Shown: positions 12,831-24,599, numbered from the whole stretch's first letter. The stretch: DNA of 56,031 nucleotides, filler included, from Jimgerdemannia flammicorona (GCA_003990765.1; 3 parts of 3 records of this genome joined end to end with filler, not necessarily neighbours in it); one strand, 5' to 3'. A program made the numbers and translations. Notes: generated by a model from the letters alone, not told the origin.

Positions 12831-15800
12831 AAGACCACTTTCACCTTTCTCCTGTACAATTCATATTACACCAACTTCAAGCAATGGTTTTCGACCCAAC
12901 TTGGAGAAAAGATATTATACAAATGTCATCAAGCAAGAGTTCTAATGGGTATACTGGGTCAGGTGGACCTGAGGCTTTTGGCTGGCAGAATGTAGGGAGG
13001 GGGTGTGGCCTGGGAATAGGGGCCTTTGGAGGGTCAAAGGGTGGTGAGGGCTCTGGAGGTGGACCGGTGTCTGGTGGCAATGGGGGAAGGTCTGGCCCCC
13101 CAAGCTTTGCAGACAAGGTGAAGGAGAGTAGGTGGCCAGCTGGATCTAGGGCTGGTGCTGCTGAAGGGAAGGGCAAGGTGAGTCTAGGGAGGGGGTGAGG
13201 TACTCAGGTGGGGGATGTGAGCATAGGTGCTGGAGGTGCTGTAGCTGGGGGGGGGACTGCTGATGGAAGTGTGACAGGGAATCAGGAAAAAAAAAGAGAT
13301 GTGACAGCTGATGGCAGAGTAGGGTGGGGTTCTCGATGTGGAAGGAGGACCTGGCCAATGGTGTAATGGGGCTGGTGGTAGCACCATTACTCAGGAAATC
13401 GATCTTGGAGTTTGCAGTGACACTGTGCTTCTGAGGCTTAGTGGTGATGGCAAGGATGGTCTTGGGGCTTATCTTGAAGCAGGTGGCTGGGGCTGCCTCA
13501 GTTAAGTTCCTGAAGGGTCTGAAGGGGGTTGAGGTGGGCTTTGAGGAGGCAGGCCCACTAGAAGAGGCTCTGAAAATTGGAGTGGTGGTTGGAGAGGTAG
13601 TGGTCCCCATGGTGTGCTGCCTGAGGTGGGACCCAGGGTGGTGCAGCTGCTGGTGAAAAGGGGGTGCCTATAGTGATGAAGGAGGAGACTAGGAGGAGGG
13701 TGGAGGAGGTGATGGCATAATATAGCAATGTGGTGGATATTGGCTTCCAGGTGTGGGAGGGGACCTCTATCAGGACTGGTGATGTGGATGTGAGGATTTA
13801 ACTGGCTGGAAGGGAGGCCACAGAGAAGATGAGTAATTGGCCCTCGGTATTGATGTGGGGGGCTTTCATCTGTAAGGTATCAAGGGTGAGAGGGAGTGAA
13901 GAGGAGGAAGAGGACTTGGTGGAGGCTCTGGAGGAGTTGAGTGGTGCTGTTGAGAGGAGGGCAAAGGCCTGGAAATTGTATGAGGAGTCGATACATCTGG
14001 AGATTATTGATGGGAAGTGCATTCACACTGACAAGAGGCAGTGGGAGCAGGCCCAGGGGTGCATGAGGCAGAGGGAGCTGCTGGCAAGTATGAAAGGCAG
14101 GACAAAGAAGAAAGTGGATAGGGCTGAGGGGTCTGGGGGCATTGCAGCCAGTGTCTGAGCTAGTAAAGGAGGAGGGGAGGTGGAGGCAAACAAGGAAGGG
14201 GCTGGGAAGGTGCCAAGCAAGGACCCCTATGTGGATGGCATATTTGAGGTCTGGGAGGAGATTTTGGATGATGCCACCCCCCCCCCTCTTGTCAGGAGGG
14301 GCTCAGTTGTGAAGAGAGGGGCAGCAGAGGATGTGCTGATGCAGGGTGCCCAGCAAGTACACTTTGGGGTCCCAGATATGGTGAAAGGGGGCCAGGTGGT
14401 GGCAGTTGGTGAGGATAAGCTGGTGGATGTCCCAGAGGAGGAGTGGGATGAGGCTGCCAGTGTAGGAGCAGATACTACAATACTAGATGCAGGGTGGCCA
14501 GGAACTCCTGGAGGGAAGGAGGTGGGGAACCTGCTGTAGATGAGCAAGGTGATGGATAACCTTGCAGCTGAGGAGTTGGGTGAAGTGGATCTGTGGGTTA
14601 TGCCTGAGGAGCATTGGGCATAGATTCTGCATGGAGATGGGGTGGTGGAAGCATTGAAGGTGGAGATTCTTACAGTTTTCCTGGAGAAAGAGGGATATGA
14701 GATGGATAAGGTGAGAGAGGTAGAGCTGGTGGTTGTTGCTGGTGAGCGGGCTGTCTACTGTTTGGCAGAGCACTATGGTTTGCAGCTCTGGCAGGAGGCC
14801 TGTCTGGAGTATTGTGAGGACTTTGAGGAGAAAGAGGATGGGGCACTGGCTGAACTTTTGGGAGGGTTGGAGGCACAGGAAGCTGAAGCAAAGGGACTAG
14901 CTGCAGAGCATGACTTAGACTTGGCACAGGAGGAGTTGAATGCAGATTTGTAGAGGATGAGTTTGATAAATAACATTATTTCTTATGAACAGTACACTAA
15001 CATTTTCTTGCTGAATGTGAATGGGTTATGGGGATCTGGGTGACATAAGAACATTTTTACTTGGCTCAAGGGACTGGAGGCTGATCTCTTTTTGCTGCAG
15101 GATGTACAGTGAGGATGAGGATAATTAGATGGAGTGGACTAGGGAATGGGGTGGGGCTACTGCTTGGTTTGGTAAGGTGGCAATTCTGGTGAAGAAGGGT
15201 AGAGGAGATTTGGGGAGAATCAGGAGCTGGGGGGATCACTTGGTCTGGGGAGAATGGCATCAGCCAGGGTGGGAGTTGGTGAGGGTTGGCTCCTGCTACT
15301 GTCCTGCAGTTAGGAGTGAGAGGATTGCTTGAATTAAGGAGCTGCTAGAGGAGAGTATTCTCTTGGAGGAAGGAGTAGATGTTCTCAGTGGTGATTTTAA
15401 TATAGTTCAGGATCTGCAACTAGATAGGACTGATGGAGGGAGAAATGCAGGTGGGAGAAGTGGTGGTCTGGTTGTGTGGGAGGAGGTGGAGAATCTTAGC
15501 TCCTTAGGGGATATGGGCAGAACATGGTGGGGCAATACCAGGGTCTACACACATTGGGTGAATGGCTTAGGTACAAGGATTGACTGGATTCTGACTGCTA
15601 AATGTTGGGGTGCTGATATTTGGAAGTCTTTGGAGGTGGAGTAGTGCCCATGGTCTGATCACTGGGAACTATTAGGGCAGGGGCAGTTTGGGGGGAGTGG
15701 AGATGGACCTGGATATTGGCACCTTAACTCCTCTCTGCTGGCTGAGAAGGGGTTGTAGGACTCATGGGTAGAGGACATCCATGTGAAGGTTCCTCTCTAG

Positions 15801-18612
15801 AGGCATGAGGGTTTGTCTGTGGGTGTCTGCTGGATAAGGTTGAAGAAGGCTGCAAGGGTCTATTGGGGAGGAGCTGGTAGAGAGACTGGGAGATAGAGGA
15901 GGAAGCACATGCAGTGTGCTTCAAATAGACTGAGGAGATTGCAGATGGAATGGGCTGATTTGCTTGCTTCTGATGAGGTGGAGGATTGGAGATTAGAGCA
16001 GGTAAAATTGGAGGTAGTGGAACTGCAACAGGTGTTAAGAGAGGAGGAGGAGACTCATATGTGGGGAATGGCTACCAGGCTATAGTGGCAGGGGATTGAG
16101 GAGGGAGAGTGGCCTACTAGGTACTTGTCTAGGCTCCTCAAAGCTAGAAGGGTGTGTCATCGGTGGGATGGGGTCTTTGATGCCAAGGGGGATATGGTAC
16201 ATGACACACAACAGATCCTGGGGGTTTTGAAGGAGAGATGGTGGGGTCTGTGGAGTGAGGAAGAAGGGGGTGCTGATGAAGAGGCAATTGGGGATATACT
16301 GGAGGAGTGGGAGCCACCACAGGTTGAGGGTCTGGGTGACTTGATCTTCCTGGTCTAAGAGTAGGAGATCCAGAGAGTCCTTGTGGCAACTAAGCTTGGG
16401 ATAGCACCAGGGGAGGATGGGTTACCTTGGGACTTCTGGAAGAAGATGGCAAAGATTCCTGGAATATTAGAGGAGATGGCTACCCTCTGTGCCCATGTTC
16501 TTCTGAATGGCGAGTGGGTTGGAGGGCAGGACTTGGGGCTGGTGGCCTTATTGTACAAAGACAAGGAGAGGAGGGAGGATTGGAAGAACTGGAGACCAAT
16601 CATGCTTCTAGATATGGACAGGAAGATGGTGACTAAGGTGATTGTCACAAGGCTACAGAAAGTTGCTCAACAGGTGCTGGGTGAGGAGCAGCAAGGCTTT
16701 GTTAGAGGCAGGCTTATAAGAGACAAGACTGCATGGGTACATGGTATCATTGAAGGGGCATAGGCTTGTGGACTGGATGGTAGATTGGTCTTTTTGGACC
16801 AGGAGAAGGCCTATGACTGTGTATGGTGGGTTTGGCTGGGAAAGGTGCTGGATAGAATTGGTGTTCCCTCAAGATTTCGGGCTTCTATGTTGAATCTGTT
16901 GGAGGGCAGCCAGGCAGTGCTGATGTGTAATAGTCACTGAGGTCTGGCATTTCCCTTGGGAAGAGGAGTTCCTCAGGGGGACCCTCTGTCTCCTATTCTC
17001 TATGCCCTTCCATTAGAACCTTTGATGGATAGGATTCACTGGAAGGTGGTAGGGCTCTCTATATATAGTATAGTGTGGAAGGTGGGGGCCTTTGCTGATG
17101 ACAAGGTAGTTGGACTTGGGTCTGTGGCAGATGTTGAGGCACTACAAGAGACAGTGGAATGGTATGAGGCACACTCTGGGGTGAAGCTCAACTGGCATAA
17201 GTGTGAGACAATGGTGCTAGGGAATGGACTAGTAGGTGGGGATGTCATTGGAACAATTGTCCCTACTGGTGAGGTAGTGTGGTATCTGGGCATATTCCTC
17301 TCTGTATATGGATCTGTCTTGCCTCGAGTGTGGTGGGAGAACAGGGTGACCATTTGGGGGGAGGCCCTTCAAGGGTGGGGGGGTTGCCATATCTCTTTGG
17401 CAGGGAGGGTGTCAATTCTGAATGTTTACTGGTTCTCCAAGCTTTGGTATGTGGCGTATCACCTAGACTTCCCAGCTTAGGTGGTGAAGAGGCTAACAAA
17501 GATGGCTAGAGACTGGATTTGTGTAGGAAGGAGGTCCCAGATCAGTTGGGATACTCTTGCAACACTGGTGGTTAGGAGAGGACTGGGCCTTGTAGATTTC
17601 CCTAAGAGGTTGCACTGCCTACGAGCCTGGTGGTTGAAGAGAGTTGTTGAACTGCAGGGAGGGGGATGGGTGCTACTGTTGCAGAAGATATGGGATATGA
17701 GATCCTCCCCTTGAGGGTCCTTGGGAGATTTACTCTCTTTGGTGGGGCTGAATGGTAGTTGATGGCTGCAGTTTAAGGGCTTCTGGTGGAGGGTGGTGGA
17801 TGGAGCACACAGAATTGGACTGTGCTGGCAAGGCAATGAGGAGGAGGTGATATGGGGTCCCAATATATGGCAGTGAGATAGACTGCTTCTGGGGGGCACC
17901 CCACTTACTAAGTTTGATATTGGGGATAGAGTAGAGTGTCAGCAGGGTCTTGGCCAGAATCTTTGGCCGAGTGGCTGGCAGGTGGCAAGGATTGGTGAAG
18001 AGTGGGACTGGGCAGGTGTCTGGTCATAGAGTGCTAAGGTGAGGCAATGGCTTCCTCCCAAGTTCTGGGTGGTATGGTGGAGAATGCTGTGGAGAAATAT
18101 CATGTTGAATTTCCATACAGGGCATCTGGTGGAAGGTGGCCATTTAGATTGTGAGGAATGTTATAATGTAGGGCAAGTTGGGGGATTTATACAGATGCTG
18201 GATCATTGGCTGGGAGAATGTGAGGTTTTGGGGGACTTTTGGATAGAAGTAAGGAATAGGCTAGGTGTGGAGAGGAGGCTGGATAGTGCGAGAGGCTGCT
18301 GGGAGGATTTGAAATCTCAGCTAGTGGGTGGTATAGACAATAGTTGGCTCATGTAGGGTGGGTGTTAGTAGTGTGGGTAGGATTGGCTGGCCATTGGCTC
18401 TTTGTGTTCGAGGAGGGGTGACAGATAGGTTTACAGGAGAAGTTGTTAAGATGGGAGGGGTTGATGGGAGATCTGCTGACTGGGTGGTGGGTGGATTGGG
18501 GTCCCGAGAGTGGGTGACATTGTGGTCTAGTGGAAAGGATCTGTGAACAGAGTGGTGGGCAGGTGGAGATGGTGTTAGATAAAGTGGCCTTTCATCAAGT
18601 GGGGGTAGGGGG
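12831..18612 (+). mobile_element. LINE copy 2 (diverged subfamily), nested in copy 1, runs into gap
   Basis: ORF1 from ATG 12923 (MSSSKSSNGYTGSGGPEAFGWQ) to ~14953; ORF2 from ATG 14985 with GDFN, SDHW, NWRPIMLLDMDRK, LDQEKAYD, GVPQGDPLSP, FADD, CEEC...HWLGEC. Left boundary approximate. Confidence 0.9.
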
Positions 18613-18712
18613 NNNNNNNNNNNNNNNNNNNNNNNNNNNNNNNNNNNNNNNNNNNNTTAATTAATTAANNNNNNNNNNNNNNNNNNNNNNNNNNNNNNNN
18701 NNNNNNNNNNNN
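18613..18712. other. Assembly gap with artificial linker
   Basis: 100 nt: N-run, TTAATTAATTAA (stops in all six frames), N-run. Confidence 0.97.
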
Positions 18713-19015
18713 TCGGGTTCAGGGTCGGGTTCAGGGGTCGGGTTCAGGTTTGGGTTAAGGGTAAATAACGGGTCGGGTGACATACATTTCCAGGTCGGGT
18801 TAAAGACGGGTGACGTATTATTCCGGGTCGGGTTAAAGACGGGTGACGTACAATTCTGGGTCGGGTTAAAGACGGGTGACGTATAATTCCGGGTCGGGTT
18901 AAAGACGGGTGACGTATAATTCCGGGTTGGGTTAAAGACGGGTGACGTCTAATTCCGGGTTGGCTGTTTTACGGGTCGGGTTTCGGGTTAATCGGGTCGG
19001 GTTTGCGGAGCACTA
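18713..19015 (-). mobile_element. Terminus of a young hAT-like DNA transposon (TIR plus subterminal repeats)
   Basis: Minus strand begins TAGTGCTCCG, sharing the 9-nt terminus TAGTGCTCC with the hAT at 54061; many ACCCG motifs; interrupts the family C leader. Confidence 0.75.
18794..18958 (+). repeat. 33-bp tandem repeat x5 (GTCGGGTTAAAGACGGGTGACGTATAATTCCGG)
   Basis: Units start at 18794, 18827, 18860, 18893 and 18926. Confidence 0.95.
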
Positions 19016-19116
19016 GCTGTTGCTGCCCCTGGTTTGGTTGCTGACTTGGTTCTGCTAAGTTCTCCACTGTAGATAGCTGGGTTCTTGAGCCAAATGGTCA
19101 AGTCTTTTGAAAACTT

Positions 19117-19133
19117 TCTCAGTTGAGCCCCTA
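19117..19133 (-). other. Primer binding site, decayed tRNA-Pro type (family C)
   Basis: TAGGGGCTCAACTGAGA 3 nt after the LTR end CA; resembles the PBS-Pro TGGGGGCTCGTCCGGGA; the following leader resembles the family A leader at 40298-40340. Confidence 0.7.
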
Positions 19134-19615
19134 AAATGTGGTATGCAGTTTGTATCTCTAGTTGCTTCTGGCATAGCTCAATGTACCACTTGGTGGAGCG
19201 CATGGTATATGACTGAGTACGTTTGTGATGGTTGCGGGTTGATGATCACGTGATCAGTTCATCTGATTTGTACAGTGGAGGCTTGGGGCGAATTACTTCT
19301 TGAACGTACATGGTTCGTGGTGCAGTAGGGAATCGTTCAGATCAATGGTTCGGTTGAATGTTCATTCTTAACTTGAGGGCGGGTTCTGGCAGTTGTTTGT
19401 TTACTGGTGGTTGTTCATTTACTAGTAGTTGTTCATTTACTGGCAGTCTTATTCTAGTATCCTTGGGTTCCTTGGCTGGGGTCTTAACACTTGAATGGCG
19501 GGTCTCGAATGTGTGGTCTTGAACCTTGAATGGCAGTTGGTTCTGAATGCATGGCAGTCAGGCCGAATGTATGACAGTTGGACTGGCAGGATCTCGGCAG
19601 TGGTTGGCAGTTTTT

Positions 19616-19780
19616 GTGTGGCTTTCCTTAGCGGCGAATCTTGAACTGAACAGCTTTTTCATGCGGCTTTCCTTAGTAGTGAATCTTGAACTGAACAGCT
19701 TTTTCGTGTGGCTTTCCTTAGCGGCGAATCTTGAACTGAATGGCTTTTTCATGCGGCTTTCCTTAGCAGCGAATCTTGAA
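19616..19780 (+). repeat. 45-bp tandem repeat x~3.6 in LTR C U5
   Basis: GCTTTCCTTAGCGGCGAATCTTGAACTGAACAGCTTTTTCATGCG at 19621, 19666, 19711 and 19756 (partial). Confidence 0.92.
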
Positions 19781-20046
19781 CATTTTCTGTGGTAAGAAAA
19801 AATTCTTTAACTCAAATCTCGAGCAATCGTTACTCTAGTTATCTTGTTCTTAGAATTTATCTAGTCTCTTGGAGGCAGTGAGGTTTCTCTGTAATCCTTT
19901 TTACTTTTAAACACAAACTGACTGCGGTTTATTCACTCTAAGATATAGGGTTATTTATACAAATTTGCTAGCTAGGGGGGGGGGCTAAGGTATACTACAT
20001 TGTGGTGGTTTAATTGCTAAATATGAGTGTGACAATTGTTTGTGCC

Positions 20047-20302
20047 GAATTGGGATAAGATGAGTGCTAGTGCTGGATATAGATGTTGTGGGTGGTATCG
20101 CTGAAAACGGATGTTGCTGACTTGCTGACAAATGTTGGCTGACCGGACTGAGGAAATGGACGTTGGATCACTGAATTGGGATAAGGTGAGTGCTAGTGCC
20201 GGATTTGGTTGTTGGGGGTGATATTACTGGAAACGGATATTACTGACTCACTGACAAATGTTGGCTGACTGGACTGAGGAAACAGATGTTGGATCACTGA
20301 AT
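20047..20302 (+). repeat. ~126-bp direct duplication in LTR C U3
   Basis: GAATTGGGATAAG...GTTGGATCACT repeated at 20047 and 20173. Confidence 0.85.
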
Positions 20303-20443
20303 GGTAAAGTACCCTTCATCAGTGAACCAATCATCTTGCTGGGTTGTGACTTCTTCATCCTGTTCTTCAAAGGGTGGGAGCACCGGCCAGAAGGTGAGGG
20401 GGTAGAATTGTGGCCAATCATCTTCGATGACATTCTCTAACCC

Positions 20444-21219
20444 TTAGACTGCTTGAAGGCAGACAGAGAATTGGTAGATTCTTTGTTCCTCCTCTTCTTC
20501 TTCCTCAGATCCTTCAGTTTCTGTATTAGTAGGAACTTCTGGGACTTCTTGATTTGGTTCCCAAATGATGAGGTGTGAATTGTAGCTAACAGAGTGGTGA
20601 GTAGTTGGGGTTGCTCCAACAGGTGTTGTAATAGTAATGGGTGGTCCTTCGAAGATTTCCATGAAACTCATTAGGTGACCTTGATGGTTGTCTCGGAGTG
20701 GAGTGGTGTGAAAGCCTGGTTGAGTGGGCTCAGTTTGTTGGCTTCCTACAGTGACCCGGTTACTACCAATAGAGTTGGCTACTTCTGATTCTATCCAGTC
20801 TGTATCTTCAGTTGAGAGACGGGCAAGACTTCCAGCAGTCACTCCTTGTAAGTGTGCTATAGCCCAGGGAATATAGCAGAAGATTTGGTGGATATGGAGG
20901 GCTCTCTTGATTAGCTGGCTGGTGGTTAATATTTCGGCAATGAGGTCTTCCTGGTCACCTTCTTGGGTTTCATTATGAAGGCAGTGTCCAATTTCATAAT
21001 CATGCCAGAGGGTCATTCATTCAGTGGTATCTTTGAGCTGTGAGTCATTATGTACTGGTAATTGATGAAGTATCCAAGATCTTTGATGTAGAAGTTCAGA
21101 TGTTCAGAGGTGTCTGGGTGCCAAATAGCCTTCTTGATAGCTTCAAGGATTAGAGTCTTTGGGCCAGGCAAGGGAGAAGAGCAGCGGGAGGTCTGGTTGG
21201 GGTGGCGGATTGGAGACAT
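20444..21219 (-). pseudogene. Family C accessory ORF inside LTR U3 (~257 aa, one frameshift near 21015)
   Basis: ORF-track pieces 21013-21219 and 20444-21016 both align with the family B LTR ORF (DLGYFINYQYIM vs DPYHFILYCYEM; LWHDYEIGHCL vs MWQEYKIGNLL; HIHQIFCYIPWAIAHL vs KIYQIFRHTPWSIPNL). Confidence 0.75.
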
Positions 21220-21915
21220 TGTGAGGTGGATACTTGTTCTTTGGTGCCGATTCCTGAGGCAGAGTATGGTTCTTTAAATAATGTAGTCTTCCTTTTGGCT
21301 CGGATTATCATTGCTCCTTTTGAGGTGATCACCTAATGGGTCAGGCTGTCTATTTGATTGTCATGCCATTATGTCATCTGATCTTAGCAGTCACTAGTAC
21401 TCCATTGTCAATTACATATGTCACAATATATATTGTCACATAGTGGTTGCTGAGTTCTTCAAATATGCCAGATTCTCTTCAAGGTATATCTCTTAGACTA
21501 ACTCAAGTAATTATAAGCAAGTTCTTATTGGAGTGCCTTTCCAAGGTCTTATAGTCCTCAAACTTCTTATCTTTAACTGTCTTGTTATCTCTTAGATTGC
21601 TTGCAAGGAAGTGTGTATAAGTGAAACTGGAACTTGACTTTATTTCAAAGGAAATAAGAGGGGTATTTATACAAAATACAATTCAATGGTTGCTAAGATA
21701 TAAAGCTAAATATAAAATTCCAACAACTAAAACTACTAAGTTCCAGAGTCGGTACTGATGGTTGTATAGGTTCATGATGCTGGCATTATTTAATATTATA
21801 TACATCAAAATGCTGGTGCTGGAACAATTTCATGTCACCTCAGAATATCACTGCTGGCATTATCCAGTATTACATGAGAATACCGGTGCTGGCATTATCT
21901 AGTGTAACAAAGAAC

Positions 21916-22218
21916 TTAGAGCAGAAAGTTCAGAACTATGGGAGCTTCATCCTCATCATCATCATCACTGAAGGAGATGAGATCCATGAATTCAGCATGT
22001 AGGCTGCACATCTCACATACTTCATTGTCACATGTTTTGTGTACTTTGCATGCTTTGGGTATGTCACACAGGATAATGTCATTGATGACATCATCACATT
22101 CAGCTGTGGCAGGGAAATTGTAGACAAGGTTTGGAGCTCTCCAGTCTATGAGATTCTCTTCCACAAAATAGGAAACAAATGTGGGGTCTTGGGGGGGTTT
22201 AACCTGGATGCTTGAGCC
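21916..22218 (-). pseudogene. In-frame downstream segment of the LTR B ORF (Cys/His cluster, acidic tail)
   Basis: Same frame as 22219-22773, separated by one TAA; contains ACKVHKTCDNEVCEMCSLH and DDDDEDE; conserved in the 5' LTR (34963-35265). Confidence 0.6.
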
Positions 22219-22773
22219 TTAGAATACTGAGATCAATCCTTGCAGAAATTGGTCTGGGTTGTTCTGAAGGATAGGGTGTCAGAAGTCTTCTACTTCTTCA
22301 CTGTTGAGGGTGATAGTGGACTGGGCTTCTGTAGTCACCCTGGCTTCTAGTGTATTGATGCAGCAGGATGATAGGTCTCTGAAGTCTGAGACTCTGACAT
22401 ACTCTAAGTTGGGGATTGACCATGGTGTATGCCTGAAGATCTGATAGATCTTCTTAGCTGTCCTTATTTCGCATATATCCATGGGAGTGACATCTTGTAG
22501 CTCTTGGGTGCTGGCTTGTGGGAACTCCTGGCAGAGGAGGTTTCCTATTTTGTACTCCTGCCACATTTGGAGGTATTCAGTAGCAATAGTGATCCTTGTT
22601 TCCATTTCATAGCAGTAGAGAATGAAGTGATAAGGGTCTGCAGTACCCAGATTGACACTAGGAGTCCTTCTTGAGCAGGTCCTCATGGCTCTTCTGATGT
22701 CTTGGAACATTCTTTCCTCAACTGAGATACCTTGGTAATTCCTTGACCTTGAGGTTTGGTGGGCAGCAGGCAT
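22219..22773 (-). pseudogene. Family B accessory ORF in 3' LTR U3 (184 aa once the TGA at 22279 is read as Trp)
   Basis: MPAAHQTSRSRNYQG...LQMWQEYKIGNLL...TAKKIYQIFRHTPWSIPNL...; the 5' LTR copy has TGG at the stop position. Confidence 0.8.
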
Positions 22774-23349
22774 TTAATTTGTGGTAAGTCTTTGAGCTAT
22801 TTTGGGATTAGTGGTTCTTGTTGGTTGCTGCTACTGCAGTTCCTTGATCCTTCTTTTATATTCTTCAGGATGCTTGTGCTATAGTCACAATGACTTACAA
22901 TTGGTCATCATTGCTCATCTCATATGCTGTATGATCTTCTTATGCTCCAATCTGGTGTCTTGTAAGGAAAGGCTATCTCTGGTGCTGATGTCATCATTCT
23001 GGGGTTACCATTACATCTTCCTTCTGAATAAGGATCTTCCTGAGCATCCTTATTCATTGGTCCAGTCTTGAAAAATTTGCTGATCCCATAACCTCTGGCA
23101 AGGGGTCGAAAACTGGTGTTTATGGGCTGGTGTCTTCCCTTTGTATTTTGGCATGATGGTGGAGGGTCACTCTCTTTATATAGAGTAAGGATCTGATTCT
23201 GATCTTGACCAATCAGTTGATGGTTCGAACTTCTCTGACTGTGAAAGTCTCACAGATGAGTAGTTGCCAGTGCCATATCCCTTAGAGAATGGTCCAGACA
23301 GATAGCCTGCTGGTCATAGGACATACTGTTATGATTCACAGACTAGAAC

Positions 23350-24560
23350 CTCATGGGTGGTCATCATGTTTTGCTTCTCTTATATAGGTTCATAGTACTT
23401 CTTGAGTCTATTCCTATGTACTGTATTAGACAGTATGGTCTCTGAGATTTTTCTAAGCCAGAAGGTAGTTCTCTTAATATCTTGCATGTAGAAGGGTCCT
23501 TCCCATTTGGGCTCCAGTTTTCATAACCATGAGGCTTCTACCATATTTTGATAGAGTAGAACCTTTTCTCTAATTTGGATGGGTTCTAGGGCCTTGTGAT
23601 TCTTTTCCACATTCTTCCTTGTCAGTGCTTGTGACTTGGTGATGTAATCTTCGGCCTTCTTTCTAATTTGGTGTAGTCTCTGGATTTCTGCATCAACCCA
23701 TCTCTAAGTTAGGTCTAGATTTGTAGCTGAGATTCCATCAGAATCTTCTTCTCTAAAGAGCAGCTCTCTTGGGGTAAAATGTATGCTCTGTGACTATATA
23801 TCTCATAGAATAGAGAGAGCAGTTGGGAGATAGTTATCCCAATTCTCATATATCTCTGAGATCTTTGCTAGGATATTCTTGAGGGTCTTGTTGGTTCTCT
23901 CTGTTTGTCCATTTCCTTGAGAGTGGTACATGGTGGTCTTGATGTGCTGGATCTTATATTTCTGATACATTATCTCATAGAATCCATTGATAAATTCTGT
24001 ACTGCAGTCTGTTGTGATTTGCTTTGGTGTCTTGTAGCAGCAGATGATTTCTCAGTATAGGAAGTTGGCTATAGAGAGGGCATTGGCTTCTTGTAATGCT
24101 CCTGCCTCTATCCATTTGGTGAAGAGGTCTATGATAACTATAATATAGTGGTTTCCTGATAGTGTTACTGGTAGTGGTCCAATGATATCCATTGTGATGT
24201 GGTGGAAGGGGATAGGCTCAATTATTGATGATTCTGGTGCCTGGTCTTGCTGATCTTGTTTCTGTTTTTGATACTTGTCAAACTCTTTGACAAATTGGCG
24301 CAGGTCTTCTTCCATCTTGGGCCACCATATGGTTCTTCTTACCTTATCATATGTGTTGATTCCTCCTAAGTATCCTTGCTCATATACTTCCTTCATTACT
24401 TGATACTTCTTATATTCAGATATTACTAGCTTTTCTCCTTTTCTGAGTGTAGTATTATCTAATTCAAACTGTTTCCAAGTCTGGTTGATGATGGTAATTG
24501 TCCAGGGTTTGAGATGGTTGGGCATCTTCTGCTGCCTAAGGTAGCTGATTAATCCATAGT
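23350..24560 (-). pseudogene. pol: Gypsy B integrase
   Basis: PFHHITMDIIGPLP, IDLFTKWIEA, TTMYHSQGNGQTERTNKTLK, WEGPFY. Confidence 0.9.
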
Positions 24561-24599
24561 ATAGCTCCTTATTCATGTTGAGTAGTCTTGATGGGGGTG

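Larger units (their letters stand above)
19137..21425 (-). mobile_element. 5' LTR of Gypsy family C (~2.3 kb, ORF-containing U3, ~0.8 kb U5)
   Basis: Starts TGTGACA (21425), ends ...ATACCACA (19137) followed by PBS; TATAAATAA at 19951-19959 and AATAAA at 19928-19933. Confidence 0.8.
21434..23015 (-). repeat. 3' LTR family B
   Basis: TGTAATGGTAA...ACTATGTGACA; PPT TATTCAGAAGGAAGA at 23016-23030; TATAAATA 21664-21671; AATAAA 21639-21644. Confidence 0.93.

Noticed and set aside
18613..18712. TTAATTAATTAA palindrome within N runs (also 37324-37423)
   Set aside because: Identical in both gaps; a synthetic six-frame-stop contig linker. Adjacency across the gaps is not guaranteed.
18713..18990. 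GGGTT[A/C]-rich repeats as telomere or subtelomere
   Set aside because: Not a TTAGGG array; ends in a hAT-type TIR and interrupts an LTR element leader.
18794..19780. 33-bp and 45-bp repeats (and the 19-bp repeat at 39041) as CRISPR arrays
   Set aside because: Head-to-tail tandem units with no unique spacers, no cas genes, eukaryotic TE context.
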